A stretch of DNA of 64,000 nt, taken from Gonapodya sp. JEL0774. Its lineage: Eukaryota. Positions 47,949 through 62,215 of this stretch are shown one piece after another; position 1 is the stretch's first letter, and every line of letters starts with the position of its first letter. Below the pieces are notes generated by a model. It saw nothing but the letters and a program-made list of their open reading frames with translations, was not told the DNA's origin and searched no databases. The stretch covers positions 124,001 through 188,000 of the forward strand of contig JADIIX010000011.1 of NCBI GenBank assembly GCA_027604505.1. Direction: 5' to 3'. The position numbers and the translations under genes were made by a program.

Positions 47949-48526
47949 ATGATGCCCTTTACGTCCACTGTAGTACCTCTGATCGCTCTATCATCCCGTA
48001 TTTGCGAGAGCCTTCTACCCCGAATGCCTCTGCTTTCCCAATATCGCGCACAGTCAACCTCCACTACTGCACCTCCAAACGAACCGTCTGAATCCGCCAA
48101 GCACCCTTCCACGCGCATTACACCACTCAAACCAGTGTCTAGCATACCGACCTCGCTACGGCACGAGGTTCGTCAATTGTACAAGACCTTACTCTTTTTG
48201 TCCAAAGATTATCCGGACCCCCCCGGTCCAAACTGGCTCAGAGGACTGGCAAAGAGAATGATTCTGAAAAACCGAGATTTGAGGGAAGAACATGATATTC
48301 GAAGAGCGCTGGATCGGGGCTACTACGTCGTGAAGGTAGGTAGCCGCAGCTAGCTGTGAAACTCGATCATTGGCTTTTGACAGTATATCCATCCACGCGA
48401 CAGGAAATTGAGACGCTATATAGCCTCAAAAAGTATCGCCATCTAAAGAAGGTGTACTACAACGATCCAGAGGACGCGGAATTTGAAGCTCGGGCAAGAA
48501 TAGAGCAATCCGTGGGGGGCCCGTGA
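47949..48526 (+). CDS. LYR-motif protein, LYRM5/ETFRF1-like
   Basis: VRQLYKTLLFLSKDYP...KNRDL...RGYYVVK|EIETLYSLKKYRHLKKVY. Confidence 0.85.
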
Positions 48527-49103
48527 GCCGATATTCCCGATCTCCCTGATGCTAAGCGATTGCCTTTAATGTACATACAATACGCGCTTTCATTTTACAA
48601 ATTAAGGTGCTGGCGAAAAGAAGTTACAACGAGTCCACGCTCCAGTCCAACATTATGGAGATGATTAAATCACAGGAACATAGCCAACAGGACACCGAAT
48701 GAATACAAGAGAAGTCCATAAGTGATTTCTCAGCTGCTGCCGCGTTCTGTTTGGTACAGAAACAGTCGAAATGGTTTGAATCAAAGGTCCCGGAGTCTGA
48801 GAGAACGCTTAAGGGCAGCAATATGTTCCTCCAGTCAATTCACAAATCGCATACATAATCTTCAGAGGAGAAGATGCATGAGCAACTACATTGGAGAAGG
48901 CCCGCACAGGGAGTTCCAAAAATGGGGAGTTAAATTAATGGAGCGAAATAAACAAAGCACTTGAGAAACTGATTGGAGAAGGGCACAGAGTAGCAGTCTC
49001 GCATTCCCATGGGGGAAGGTTGTGGAGGGGCGGGGGGGGTTGTATGCACTTCGAGAGAAATTGTCCAACAAAATCAGTAAGACGGTGCAGCCCCCTTCCC
49101 GCG

Positions 49104-52100
49104 ATGGCCGATGCCACGCAGTTTCCACTTTCCTTACCGCAAGAGACGTTGCATCTCCTCCGACTTGCTGCGGCGCACAGTATCCTGAGCGTACCTGCGT
49201 CTTTCCTTGAGAAAGCCAGTGGGCAGGAAGTCCTGGGCGGCACGACGGGTCACATGGCGCTGGACCCCAAGGACAACTTGAGCAGGTCTGACTCGGAAGC
49301 AGACGAGGAACAAGGTGTGGGGGACGAACCTGCTGTCCCCAACCGTGCCGCTCGCTCGCTATCGCAACGCACGGTTTCTGCAACAGCTAAGAGAAAGAGG
49401 CCATCGGGATCTCGAGCGAAGAATGGACGGTCTAAGAGTGGTGGGGGCTCAAAGCGGAAGAGGGGTGGGTGTTTCGAGAAATGCAACAGAATCGCAGAAG
49501 ATTCAGTTCTGTCAACAAGGAACCTGACACCCATCAGAGACTATCTTGTCAGCTTTACCAGTGAAATTTCCTCGAAAGGAGGGATTGATTCTGCTCGTGA
49601 GGGCTGACTTGGGCCAGGAGAGAGACAGGTCAATAATGCATCCTGAATCACTCTGGCGGTTTGTTTGGAACTCCAGCTCCAAACTCTTTCTTTTCTCTAC
49701 GGATTAATACTAGCTTCTTGGTGAAGGGGTGATACGCTCCTGTGGTACAAACCTTGTTATCAGTATCCACTTGGACGGTTGTCATTGAATCTCCTCTCTG
49801 CACAGTCCCATGTGTTGTAATCTGCCAATTCTTGGGTCAATTACGGAGGATAGGAGCTCTGGATATCGGTCGTGAACGATGGTACATCGAATAAGCATAA
49901 TCAATACGTTTTGGCATTGATAAGTTGAATTCGTGACACCTTGCACGAACATGACAATGACCTACCAATTGCGTGTTGAGGATTGTCGTGCGCTGCTCAG
50001 AGCTCAGAACTCCAGATTCATGGAAGCGTGACCGTAACCGACCTGACCTCGTCGTTCCCTTAGATGCCTCCCCAACCCCAGAACCAGAATTCCAGGGTAC
50101 CGTGGACGTTGACTCCGCCCAAGCAGCTCATGGTCTCTATTTGCCTACCGCAGTCCCCCCTCCGCACCTCTCTGGGAGTTCGTTGATTGGAAACTCCAGT
50201 AAAGTGGAGTCTGTCCCCGATGCAGATGTTGAAGTGGAGGCGGAATCTGCAAAAATGGTGGACCAAGAGCGTGAAATTGGGGTGAAAGAGTCGAAGGAGG
50301 AGAGTGGTAATCCTGCTGGACGAGGTTAGGCGTCTGGTGGGAGCATTCCGTCCATATCACATTCAAATGCCTCTCTCCCTCTCTAGCGGCACATCTCAAA
50401 TCTGACCCCTGTCTTTCCAAGTCCTCTCCCACCTTGTCCTCCAATGTACCGGAGGAGCCGCCACCCCCGGAAGATGCCATTCTTGCCCAGCTCTCTCTCC
50501 TCCGTGCTGAAAAGCGGAAACTCTTTGATCTCCTCCTCCGCGCCACATCAGACCCCTCGCCTGGCCGAGGGAATGGGCGAAAGAAAAGGGAATCTAATTC
50601 GTCGACGAAGTCGGCTGTGCGCGACAATGGATTGGAAGGACATCGGAAGAAGAGGGAGAGCGGAGGTTCCGATGGATCTTCCGGAAACGACAAGGGCGAA
50701 AGACTAGTGCCGAGTGCTGGGGGGAGTAATGGAGGGAGCCCAACGGGCTCTGGGGGGAGTCCCGGAGGTATGTAGTGATAGAAAAGTTCGTCTGCGGAAC
50801 ACCATTGTTGAACGAATTCCTGTTGCTTTTCGTAAAATAGCCGTCCCAGTACCCGTTTCTGTTCCCACACGAACATCAGAACTCGTTTCGTCCTCCGCGC
50901 AACTATCACACTCTCGCAACCCATCCATCTCAGCACCTGTGCTGGTGCCCATACCCACGCGACCCATCATGCGAGATGGCTCCAGCAATCACACATCGAG
51001 CACCAACCACAGCACTGCTACGTCGCCGGCACATCGGCGCCACCACTCGGATCGTCCGCCGTGCGTGTCCAGCGGCTCAGTCGGCTCCGTCCCGGTTGTT
51101 GCGTGGGCGCTAGACGGGGGACCAACCTCGACATATACAGCGACAGTAAATGGAGCACTGACACCATTGCAACCACCGCCAAACCCTATCGATCGGGAAT
51201 TGGCAGCAATGGCTGCTGCTGCGGCTGCGGCGAGAAGGAGAAAGAGGGAAGCTGATAATGAGGATAGTGTTTCTGGTGCGGGAGGCGCAAGGGGTGTGAA
51301 GAGGGCTGCGGATTGGGAGAGGGAGAGAGAAAAAGAGAGAGCACGGGACAGGGACGAACTCTTGCTAGCGGCACTCGGTGAACACCCACATCACACACTT
51401 GATCGAGATCCTCGAGATCTGCCACCACCATCGCCTCCACCGCCAGCACCCCCGTACGTAGGTCCAGTTTACGTCGTACAACCGGCACTGCCCCAACCAC
51501 TCTTTTATCGCGCGACTTCTGTAACCCCATCAGCAAGCGGATCAGGAAGGGAAACACTACCGGTTCCGCCTGGTTCTGCAGCCCAAGTCGTGAGAAACAC
51601 ACGTAGATCTGGATCCGCCACCGATGTTTGGGGCTCCGTGGGAGAGACTGTAGACCTGTCTTTAGAAACTCGCGATGGGTACGTTGAAACCCGAGGGGAT
51701 TCTCGGGGTCGTCAGCAGGAGCGGTCGCGCGATAGGGATCGTGACCGTTATATACCGTCGTCGTCACACAATGTTGCAGTAGCAGCGTGGGATGGTCACT
51801 ATGGATCTTTACCAGCTTCATTGGGGGTGGCAACGGGGGGAGCGGCTGCCGCGTTATTGGGTGCTGCCAGTGTGGCTGCAGAGCGGGCGGCTAGGGAGAG
51901 GGCTGAACGAGAGAGAGAACGGGATCGTGAGAGGGAAAGAGAAAGAGAGAGAGAGAAGGGAGGGGAGCGTGACAGGGAAAGAGAGAGGGAACGAGACAGG
52001 GACAGAGAAAGGGAGAGAGAGAGAGAACGAGAGCGAGAGAGGGAGCGAGAAAGGGAACGAGACAGAGAGAGGTATGCACGGGATCGGGAGCGGAGCGGGG

Positions 52101-52138
52101 AGCGGAGGGAGAGTCTTTTGCGGGATCTGAGTCGGTAA
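49104..52138 (+). CDS. Hypothetical low-complexity protein ending in an Arg-Glu/Arg-Asp repeat; exon structure uncertain
   Basis: Series of + strand ORFs with plausible splice sites (49104-, 49973-, 50434-, 50714-52138); basic NLS-like patches; no recognised domain. Confidence 0.5.
51890..52110 (+). repeat. GA-rich coding microsatellite (RE/RD dipeptide repeat)
   Basis: Degenerate GAGAGG/GAACGA/GACAGG hexamers. Confidence 0.85.
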
Positions 52139-52629
52139 GTGTGTCACGTATACATTTCGTGGGAGCTGGCTCACAGTCTCATTGCTATTTATGAAACAGT
52201 TACGCTCGGGACCGAGAACGAGAAAGGGAGGCGAGAGAGAGGGAGTTGAGAGAACGGGAGGCAAGGGAGCGGGATTACTACCACGAGCAGCGATACCGGA
52301 GATGAATGGATTGGAGATGCGCGCCGGACGCATATTTTCTGTCTGTTTTTCTGGGACTCTCTTCTATACTTTTATTCTACCCTTCAATTTTCGTTGATTT
52401 TCTGTTTCTGCATCCTGAGTCTAATGCAATAATTTTCTTCAAAATTATAATTATTATTATCTGTTCAACCAGTAGCCGATCGGTGGCCTGTCAGGGCAAA
52501 CACCTGACTGGTCCACGTCACTTCAGTCAGTCCCCTTTCGAACGAAAACATACGCATAATGGGCCTGCGATAGAATCAGATTCGCTTCCACCGCATCTCT
52601 TTGATCTTAATCTTCCCAATCCTCGCGAA

Positions 52630-54148
52630 ATGGTGCTTTCTCATGGGAATCCCACGGCTGATGATGCCCCTTTAAAACTCAACTTACACGCTGCAGCTGG
52701 TGGACTCAGTGGAACAATCGCAGACTCCGTGATGCATGGGCTAGACACGGTGAAGACCAGGTGGGGGGGAAACGGGAACATGGGTGATTTGCGATGTGAA
52801 ATGATAAAATGGATTGTTCGTTCAACTTGCAGATTCCAGGGCCAAACGCACTTAGAAAAGCCAAAATACTTTTCGATGGGACAGTGAGTATCTATTTGGA
52901 AAGAAATTACTGAAACCATCCACCATATTTCCCGTGTATTAGCACATTCGAAACGATTGTGAAAGAGGAAGGGTTTCGTGGCCTGTCCTCTGGTATAACT
53001 GCCGCAGCACTTGGCTCCTTTGGAACGTCGTCATTGTACTTTGGAACGTACGAGCTTGTGAAGAGGCAGTTGGTTGACAATTGGGGTTGGAATGCGTCAA
53101 TAGGATACTTCATAGCCGGTGGCCTGGGAGATTTTATCAGCTCCTTCGTGTGAGTTCAAAACGGTGCTGTTGAATCTTCATCCAATTCTATCGTCTCTCA
53201 CTGGCACAGTTACGTGCCTTCGGAGGTCTTAAAGACCAGATTCCAACTACAAGGACAATACAGCAATCCGTACAGCATTTCCCAATTCAATTACCGCAAT
53301 TACTTGGACGCCATACAAAGCGTAATTGCTTGACATTTGTGAAGAACTCAATCGCATCCCTGACCACACTGTCTGTTAGATATATCGATCCGCCGGTTTC
53401 AGTGGGCTATATAGAGGATACATCACTACCATAGCACGCGATATTCCATTCTCCGCCATCCAGTTTACCGTATACGAAAACCTACAATGGGTTCTCAATC
53501 GTCGCTCGGGTGTGAGGGATTCCAAATGGCAGTTTCTGCAAGATGCGGTTACAGGCATGCTAGCAGGAGGAACGGCAGGGTTCCTCACCACACCGTTAGA
53601 CGTGAGTCCGGATTCAAAGCCGTTAAAATATTGTCGCTTACTTTGAAACACTCTGTGTGCAGTACGTTAAGACGTTGCAGCAAACTCAGCGAAGGCGACC
53701 CTCCAAACAGCTGCCCACTGTACCTATTCCCTCGAAAGCAGTCGCCTCGCCTATACCTGCTGAAGTAGCATCGGAATCTCAACGCACACGTTCACTTCCA
53801 TCCGTCGCGCCTACAATCACCACAAACCCACCCCCTCATCCTGTTTCGAGCGCTGCCTCAAACGTCTCGCTCGCCGTCCCTCGCACCAAACACCCATCTG
53901 ACCTTCCTGCTTTGGCCCCCCCAATCCGCGGGAAAGGCTCTCTTCGCCCCGCGCCTCTGTACGTCACCTCACTTACTTCGGGTCTCCGTGATATATACCG
54001 CCGGCAAGGCTTGCGCGGATTGTGGACTGGTGCGTCACCCCGGACATTATGGACAAGCATGCAATCCTGTTTCTTGTTTTTGTTTTACGAGCAGAGTTTG
54101 CTGTTATTGAGGTCGGCGGGGATTGGGAGGCAAAGCGAATGGGAGTGA
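52630..54148 (+). CDS. Mitochondrial carrier, MME1 (YMR166C)-like
   Basis: [34 protein letters not shown]...[32 protein letters not shown]. Confidence 0.85.
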
Positions 54149-54850
54149 GGGCAGGTTGCTACGTGGTGTCACATAAACATCACGGGCGATTCACCGTTGT
54201 TTCGCATTGACACTTGATTATTGAGAGTCCTTTACTGATACTAAAGTCAGAAACATACCCACACAATACTTGTAACTGCACAGGGAAAGGAAACACTGGA
54301 GCTTCGCAGGTTAACAAAGTCACCAGTGCCTTTAAAGTTAACGTACCATCCCATCGATTATATTAATCGTATGTGTTATACACGCTTGATCAGAAATGGC
54401 AGGGCCATGGTGTTCTATTCGACCGAGTCGTCTCACGTTTACTGTACCCCGCCGAGGCAACAGCCACGGCGGCGACAGCCAAAGAATTTAGTCCACTCAA
54501 CCTGGCGTGACGCCTACAGTACCGTGAGCTGCGTGTGTGGAGGCATGCTACCGTAACCAACTAGAAAACTGACATTGACCGAGTGGGAAGGCCTCGATAT
54601 CAAAAATCACAGTCTCTCGAATGAACAGCGAAGAAGATAGCCCTATCGTGGTCCTTATGGTTTTGTGATCTCGCATGGGCATATTACACACATAAAAATG
54701 AGGGAGAAGGGTGTACTATTAACCACGAGAGCAGCCGGGGAGGTTGATCTGTTCGCAACTCGGACAGCCCCTACCACGCGCAGAATATACGTATAAAAGG
54801 TAAATCTTCCACAAATTCCAAGCTGCAAGTACAAAATAGTAGACGAATTG

Positions 54851-57554
54851 TCAAGCAATATTGTGGACTTTGAAGTCCACACCTCCCTTCATGACAAGTG
54901 TCACTGCAATCCCGTCTGATAAAGTAAACGGCGTATTCAGCATGTGAGCTGCACTTATTGGTACAAACGAGCTTACATCGTCCCCGGCGTTTGAAAGGAT
55001 CCGCATCGTACAGCCCCCAATGGGCTGGATCGTCCTCGTTGACGAGCTCGAGGTGGAAATGTCGGTACACCTAAATTGATTGCTTGTTACCTCATCTTCA
55101 CAGGGGAGCCCGACAGCACGCCACTCTCATGCAATATACGGACCTGTGCGAGGAACATCACCGCCTCCTGAGTTGCGAGGCTAACACCCAGGCAGAGTCG
55201 AGGACCTTATGCAAAGAGCCCCAAAGTCAGATATCGAGTAAATCACACATGCATTCAGCATTAATTGACAGTGCTGGTTACACACCAGCGTTGAAAACAG
55301 GCCTGCAACAGAGACACGAACAAGTAAAAGTTCTGTTCGTATGCTTAATGATAATCGGTCTGGATTCTGAGAACACACCATGTGAAATTGTCGACGCGGA
55401 TCAAATTTCCCTCCGACGTCAACCATCGTTCGGGTCGGAACTCCTCGGCATCTGGGCCCCAGGATGATTCTAGTCGTCCCATGGTCCAGGCCTGTTTGCA
55501 TGAGGGAAGTCAGACGATGAAGCACACTCGGTACACATTATAGGAAGTCAGCAATTCAAACTCACGTTGAACTCGACATTGGTCCCCTTTGGAATGGGTG
55601 TCCTGGTGCCTGGCAAAATTTCATCACGATTACAAACTTTCCTGTTTAAGGAAATCTGTGTTTATTCGAATGCAACACCAGATCTATCAACTGATCAAAA
55701 ACTCACACATTTCCCGGTACATTAGCGTGGAGACGAAGAGTTTCGTAGAAAACGGCCTGCGATATGTGGAGTCCTGGTGAGGTTCAATGGGATACATTTC
55801 GTCGCACGAGGAGCATGCTCACGTGGGAATACTTCAGGTTACGGAACGACTCGTAGGTAAGTTCATTATCACCTAAGACCGACCGAATTTCCGCACGAAG
55901 TTTTTTCTCCACTTCAGGATGTTCTATGGAAGTGTGAGGAGAGTCGGTTACCGAACCCATTGTGCAAAGAAGTGGACAAAAATTCCACTGACGAGCAACG
56001 TTCCAGAAAAGCCAAGAAAGAGTTTGTGCAGTGGTGTCTCTGCCGGCAATGATAAAGCTTGCCAAAAGAGCAAATAGTTTTGTCAAAGATTGGCAGAAAA
56101 CGAAGCGTGTACCCTCACTTCAAACAGATATCGCGGAGTTCCCGGAAAGACAACTGCGAACCATCCTCCTTCCCTGCAGCTATAAACAGATCCAATAAAT
56201 CCATCTTTTGCTTGTTGGTTTCCAGGTTGTGCGATCCACTCAAACGAGGATCGATGATAGTGTGACAGAATGCGTCGATAACAGAGATATTTTCGCTCAT
56301 AGAGCGCCCCGCACCCGTCAGGCGATCCGTTATCTTCCAAAAAGGGTTAATAAAGCGAAGGAGAACCTTTTTTGAAAATGAGAGTGCAAAATTGAGCTGA
56401 CGATTGGGGTACTGATAGGGAGCCTCAAATTCACCTGAGTGCTTGCCGAATCAAACGCACGCATAAAATCGTTCGTTTGCATGACGTACTTCCCGTTGAT
56501 GACGCTCGCGTTGCTCATGTCCATACACCCAAGGGCCTTGCCGAATGCAATCTCAGAAAAGGAATCCAGGGTTGATCTCAGAAAGAGATCCTGTAGATCA
56601 ACCATTACGCCATGATCGCGCACAGAGCGCAGGTGAGACAAAAGGTTCTTGGATTCTCCAATGATGATTCCGCTGTAAACATCTCGGAAGTTCTGAATGT
56701 GCACACGCAAAAGGCTTGAGTTGTTGCCTCGAAACTGCTCCAGACCAGATCCACACCTTAACCGTGAAAATACTAGAGCTTGTCTTCCGTTGCACACGCC
56801 AGTGTTCACCGTCCGAGTTAACTACGATTGATAGGTTTAGTTGGGGATGTGTGAAGAACCAAACGCAGCATCACAACACCTACAAATTCCATCACCCAGT
56901 AAATCGTAGAAGTTGCTGCGAAAGCCTTTCCCCTTCTCAAATATATCTGGGTTGGATAGTATATATTTGACGTCTTCAACGTTGAGCGTTTGTACCGAGA
57001 GGTTGAACGGCGCCTGGTCCAAGATTTCCATGAGCTCTGGATATGATTTAGTGTCTTGACAGTGCATTTAAACTCACCGAATGTTGCCAAACCTCTGGAA
57101 TTAACCCCGATTTTCTTGACTCGTTGAGGTGATCCAATCTCCAGTCGATGGTGGCGGCAAGCTGCTTTACTGTCAAAATTTGAAAATTTAATAAGGATGA
57201 GCGGGAATTGTGAAGTTATGGTAGGTAGGGACCCGATGTGACGGAATGCGAAACAATGTGTCATTTCATGGAAGCATACATAGGTGGGAGACATAAAATG
57301 CCTGACAGCGACAGACTCACAGTGTCCGAGCGGGAAGCCCTTGTTATTAAATAATATGGGGACTCCGGGGATGAACGGGGGAGAAAAGATAGCTCTATCG
57401 TGATACTGGGACAGCCGATGATTCATGGGGCTCTGCAAGCGCGATCGGGATGACATACCTTCAGATAACAGAACAGGAACACCCCGATCAAAACGATGAG
57501 CGCAAGCTGCAGGAAGCTCAGATCCGCAAGTGTGATATACTGTACTACGGTCAT
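54851..57554 (-). CDS. Cytochrome P450 (fatty-acid hydroxylase type, CYP86/704-like motifs)
   Basis: N-terminal TM anchor; LLGDGIFNSDGEHWRVQRK, AGRDTTA, ETLRL, PERW and heme motif FNAGPRLCLG reconstructed across many introns. Confidence 0.92.
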
Positions 57555-58307
57555 CGTTATTGTGCTGATTGGAAAAGATTGGACTAGTTTTTGAGGTATG
57601 TGGCAAAACGGCAGAACATCTGGGGGTGACGAAGGAGCGAAAAGCCTGAACAAGAATATCCGATGGCAATGCAAAGATCTGCCGTTGACAAATTTTGGAA
57701 TCGTCCCAGCTCTGGTGAGTTTGTAACGTTGTCGCACGTGGTGGTTCATTGATTTCGTACTTCTCCCCTTCTCAGTAGCTATGATGACAGTCACTGTTGA
57801 CAAGTCCCTTCCTCTCCACAGTGGCAGTGATTTCCAACATATACCTAATGGGGCACTTGTGCTCCCTTCTTCCTTCAACCACCATTGCCTGGCACACAAA
57901 CATTTAAATTGGAGGCTGATTCGGTTTATATAGTTCAATGTTTTCCTCCAATATCATGCTGAATTATATGATTCAGAACCTCCACATAGCATTGTTATTA
58001 TATTTAGTTCATTTTGTCTGTTGCAGACCCAAGCCCCTTGGACGTGCTTCCTGGACTCGTTTTTTAACATTGCGCTCGGGAGATACAACGGGAGTCCTCC
58101 CATTAGTTGAATCAATCCGGCACGACACGGATTCGATTTGATACGATGCGATCCCTCGCAGCGAGGGGAGCGAGCACGATTGGCAATGGGGGAACGCGAG
58201 ATCCAAGAACTGGTTCACCATTTGATTGATGGCCGAAGAAGAGCTTACGTCGTGGCACTAACTTGTGAATCTGGGCAATCCCTACCGATAGGCGAACAAT
58301 CTAAAAT

Positions 58308-59916
58308 ATGACTCCCCTCGCTGAATCCCTCTCCCAGATTGCATCCAATTCGTCTCAGCGGGACAAGCTACCACTTTATCGTCAACTTCTCCAGTCTATC
58401 GTGGAAGCAGGGAAGTCCCTTCCCACACCTGCTGCTGTCTCCCATTTCCGCGAATTTCTCGACCACATCGTGCAAGAATCAGTTGCTCTAGTCGTATCCA
58501 GACAACTTCTCCAGGATTTCGTGCAGCAGGTTGCCGAGTGGTCGAAAACGAGGACGACAGAGTCCGACGAGGATGAGCTCAAAGGCCTTTGGGGATTCGC
58601 GTTAGAGAAGACTCAGGGGAGACTTGTAGCCTTTGAAGAACAGGTTGGTGCTGAGATGCAAGCGATTGTCCGAGAAAGCTCAGGAGTTGCGCAAATAAAA
58701 GCGGATCGCAACGGAACTGTCCCCATACTTTTAATTTGTGAAAATCAGGTCCCACAATCATGCTCCCTTGCGTGCAAAGATATGGCGGGACAAAGGCATT
58801 TTGCGGAATTGGAGCGAAGCATCGGCTCACGCGGCCGTCGAGCAAATGCAATTGTCACCCACGTTCCCATCACTTCTCCACAACACACCCGCAGGTCTCC
58901 ATTATTCGAGAAAACCTCGCCACTATTCTCGAAGAGCAAGAAGACTGGACCGAAGCCGCCAAAACCCTTCAAGGCATCCCACTCGAATCCGGTCACCGTA
59001 CTATCTCTGACGAATACAAGCTCAAAACGTACATCCACATCGTGCAGCTCCTTCTCGAAGACGAAGATGCGACAAGTGCAGAGTCCTATCTCAACCGTGC
59101 TGCTCTTATCTTACCTAGTGTCACTGCCGATGGCGCGTCTCAGATGCAACTCCAATTCAAAGCATCGCAAGCTCGCATTATGGACTTCAAGAGACAGTTC
59201 CTCATGGCATCCCACCGGTACCACGAACTCTCCTACGTTCAAGATATTGATGAGAGTGAACGGATGAACCTGCTCCAGCAGGCAGTGGTAACAGCACTGC
59301 TGGCTCCGGCAGGCCCTCAGCGGTCTCGCATGCTGGCGACCTTGTACAAGGACGAGCGTGTACGGGAGCGGCCCGAACTTCAGGCAAATGGAATCTACAG
59401 CATGCTCGAAAAAATGTATCTGGACCGTGTTCTGCGCAAAGCCGAGGTGGAGGAGTTTGCCCGTAATTTGAGATCCCACCAACTCGCGAAACTCTCCGAC
59501 GGGACTACAGTTCTGGACCGTGCCGTGACCGAACACAACATTTTGTCCGCTTCGAAAGTCTACAATAACATCACCTTCGCCGAGCTGGGCAACTTACTCG
59601 CCATTCCAGCGGACAGGGCTGAGACAGTCGCCAGCCGAATGATCGGCGAAGGACGGATGGCGGGTTCAATTGACCAAATTGAGAGACTGGTGATGTTCCA
59701 GGCCGGGGATAAGCTGCCACTCTGGGACCAGTACATTGGCAGGCTATGCCACCAGCTGGACGGGTGAGTTGTGGGAACTTGTGAACTTTGTGGTCAAGAG
59801 TTATGCCTTCTTACACATTTGTCGCACATCGGTTACGCAGAATTGTGAGTAAGATATCAACAGACAACCCGGGATGGCTGGAATCTGTTGCCGGAAAGCT
59901 TCCCGCGCAACTGTGA
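58308..59916 (+). CDS. CSN4: COP9 signalosome subunit 4
   Basis: [68 protein letters not shown] (PCI domain). Confidence 0.96.
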
Positions 59917-60075
59917 GAAACTTGGACAATCGATCGGTGTGAGCTGGCGTGGTCGCTGGTCGTAGATTGAGCACTCATTTGTAAATCATTGCGCATTACA
60001 TGTGGATATACCATCTCATATACACAAGTTCATATTTGCATATTCAGGGTTAACGATAGCTGGAATATCAAGGTT

Positions 60076-62215
60076 TCAATAGCTTTGTTTACTTTTCTGC
60101 GCTCCTTCAAGGTGTTGCTCCGTGCCGTCCGATCCATCACACTCGCCCCCTGCATCCTCCCAGTCTCGGACGAGGCTCAGAGTCGATCTGTCCAGCGCAA
60201 ATTTTGTGGGCTCGTAGCCCGGTGGGAACAGCGAGAGGTCCGGTGGACTGTACCCGGAGGCGCGGGGTGAGTCGCCTTGGGGTTGCAGGAAGTGATTGCC
60301 GGCATGTGACCCTTCAGATTTTTCAATACTGGTGCTAAACTGCGTCTCTGGGATAGTTTTGAAACCATCCCATAGCTCAGGGTCAGGTTGAGTCGGTTGC
60401 TGACTCAATGTCCCAGGCACAATGACAGAAAACTCCGTTGTGTAGTGCAATGAGTCCTTTGGTTCGCTCTCCATGCTGCGCTCGACCTCGCTAACAGCAA
60501 CTACAGAGAATTGGGTCTCCGGGACTTCGGGAACACAGACCGCATGTTGGGAAGAAGTAGCCTCATCCAGGGCCATCTGAGTGGGAGGAATCGTGGAGAA
60601 CGAGGACCATGACTGATGCCGTTGGGCAGACTCCCCAGGTTCGTGGGAAAGTTGTTGCGAGAGCTCAGTTTCCGTGATAAACAAGACTCCGGAACGCGGC
60701 TGAGAAGGAGGCAAATCATCTGTGGCGGCTGAGTATTGCGAGTCGGGCATAGCGTCAAAGCCATAAAGTTGTGCTTGAAGTGACAAAGCCGTGTCTTCAA
60801 CATCCAACGGGTCCGCCTGCTTCATATCAATATCCCTGAAAGCTTCATCCTCCACGCATTCGTCACCGAGACGCAGATCCACAACCTGTGCCGAGCCTGA
60901 AAGAGGAGTGATTGGAGATGAAAAGGATTTGCGTGAACGGACGGCGGACGGGGTGGCGATGGGACCACTAAGTTCTGTTGGGTCGTTTGGTTTGTCGGAT
61001 TGCAAACGGAACAAGACTATCGGCCCCATTTGGAGATCTTCCATTACATCAGCACCCGTGTAAGCACCAAAATCATCAGCGGCTTTTGCAGCGTCGTCCA
61101 GAGGCTTTGATGCCTGTTCCTGATCTTGAACGATAATCTGCACAACAGGAATGTCATCGGCCCTTGATTGTCCGTCCCTGTTTTGTCCTGCTGCCAATCC
61201 TAGCGACCCCTCCGTCGTGGCGTCTTCCGGGTGGGTACTGAGAACCGTTTGAAGTGACTGTGATGATGGAAGTGATGATAGAATGTCAAATCGGCCGACG
61301 TCGAGTTCGGGTTCGCGAGCACCATAAGGTGGTCGCGCTGGGGAAGATGATGGTGGCAAAGTGGGTGAAGATCGATGGCGGCTTGAAGGTTCGGGATACG
61401 GTTCACTCGAATTTAGGCCGCGTGGGTGGCGGGCGGGTGAGGTCGGAGTGGAAAGAAGGCTCAGGTTTCGAGGGGGGCGGAGAGAGAATGGGGGCGAGAA
61501 GTGCTAATAAATCAAGATAAAGTGAGGAGTTGCCTTGAAGGTTCTTGAGCAGAGAGTTGTCTCTCACTTCTTCGTCAGAGTCTGAGAGTATTACCACTTC
61601 AACCTCCGTTTTGATTCGAAGTTTTCCTCGAGTCAGAGGGTCTTCAGTATTATCAACCATCTTCACCGCCTGTAAATTTTTCGAAGAAGATCCGCCGCGA
61701 CTCAATCGACGATCGCTGCCGCCGCCGGGGTCACCAGGTTGCTGTGTGCGTTCCATTGGCGTTTCTTGCGATGCTCGCTGCTTTGGCGCGAAAAAGTCAG
61801 TCAGCGGCGCCTGATGCAAAGTCTTCAGTCGCTTAGAGTGTTGGGAGCCGGATCCTTTGGGGCGGACGTGACTGGGTTCGCTCGACAATGGCGCTATAAG
61901 AGTCTGGCGTACGGGCTTCACAACCTCAACCCATCGACCAGCAGTGGGACGCGTGGGCGATGCTGGCTGCTTCCGGCCAGACTGATTTGGTGGCGTTGTC
62001 CGCCCGCTTCTCATTTGAGTCGGCAATCCAACATTTGATTGATGATTGGCAGCTGTCGTCTTTTCGTCATAAGAAAACAACTCGCAACCCGGCACTTGAA
62101 CAACCGAATACACAACACGTCCTTCTGTAGTTATGTTGACTCTATCTTGATTTTGCGATAAAGTTTGTGCCGAGCTGTGTTGTTTCGGTAGTGAGTCGAA
62201 GGGGAGTTTGTTCAT
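60076..62215 (-). CDS. Hypothetical disordered protein with SQ/TQ-rich acidic C-terminus
   Basis: ORFs 61403..62215 and 60076..61359, probably joined by splicing; repeated (I/V)PETQ / PDSQ motifs. Confidence 0.55.

Noticed and set aside
52630..57554. P450 plus mitochondrial carrier as a biosynthetic gene cluster
   Set aside because: No backbone enzyme or regulator nearby; the neighbours are housekeeping genes.
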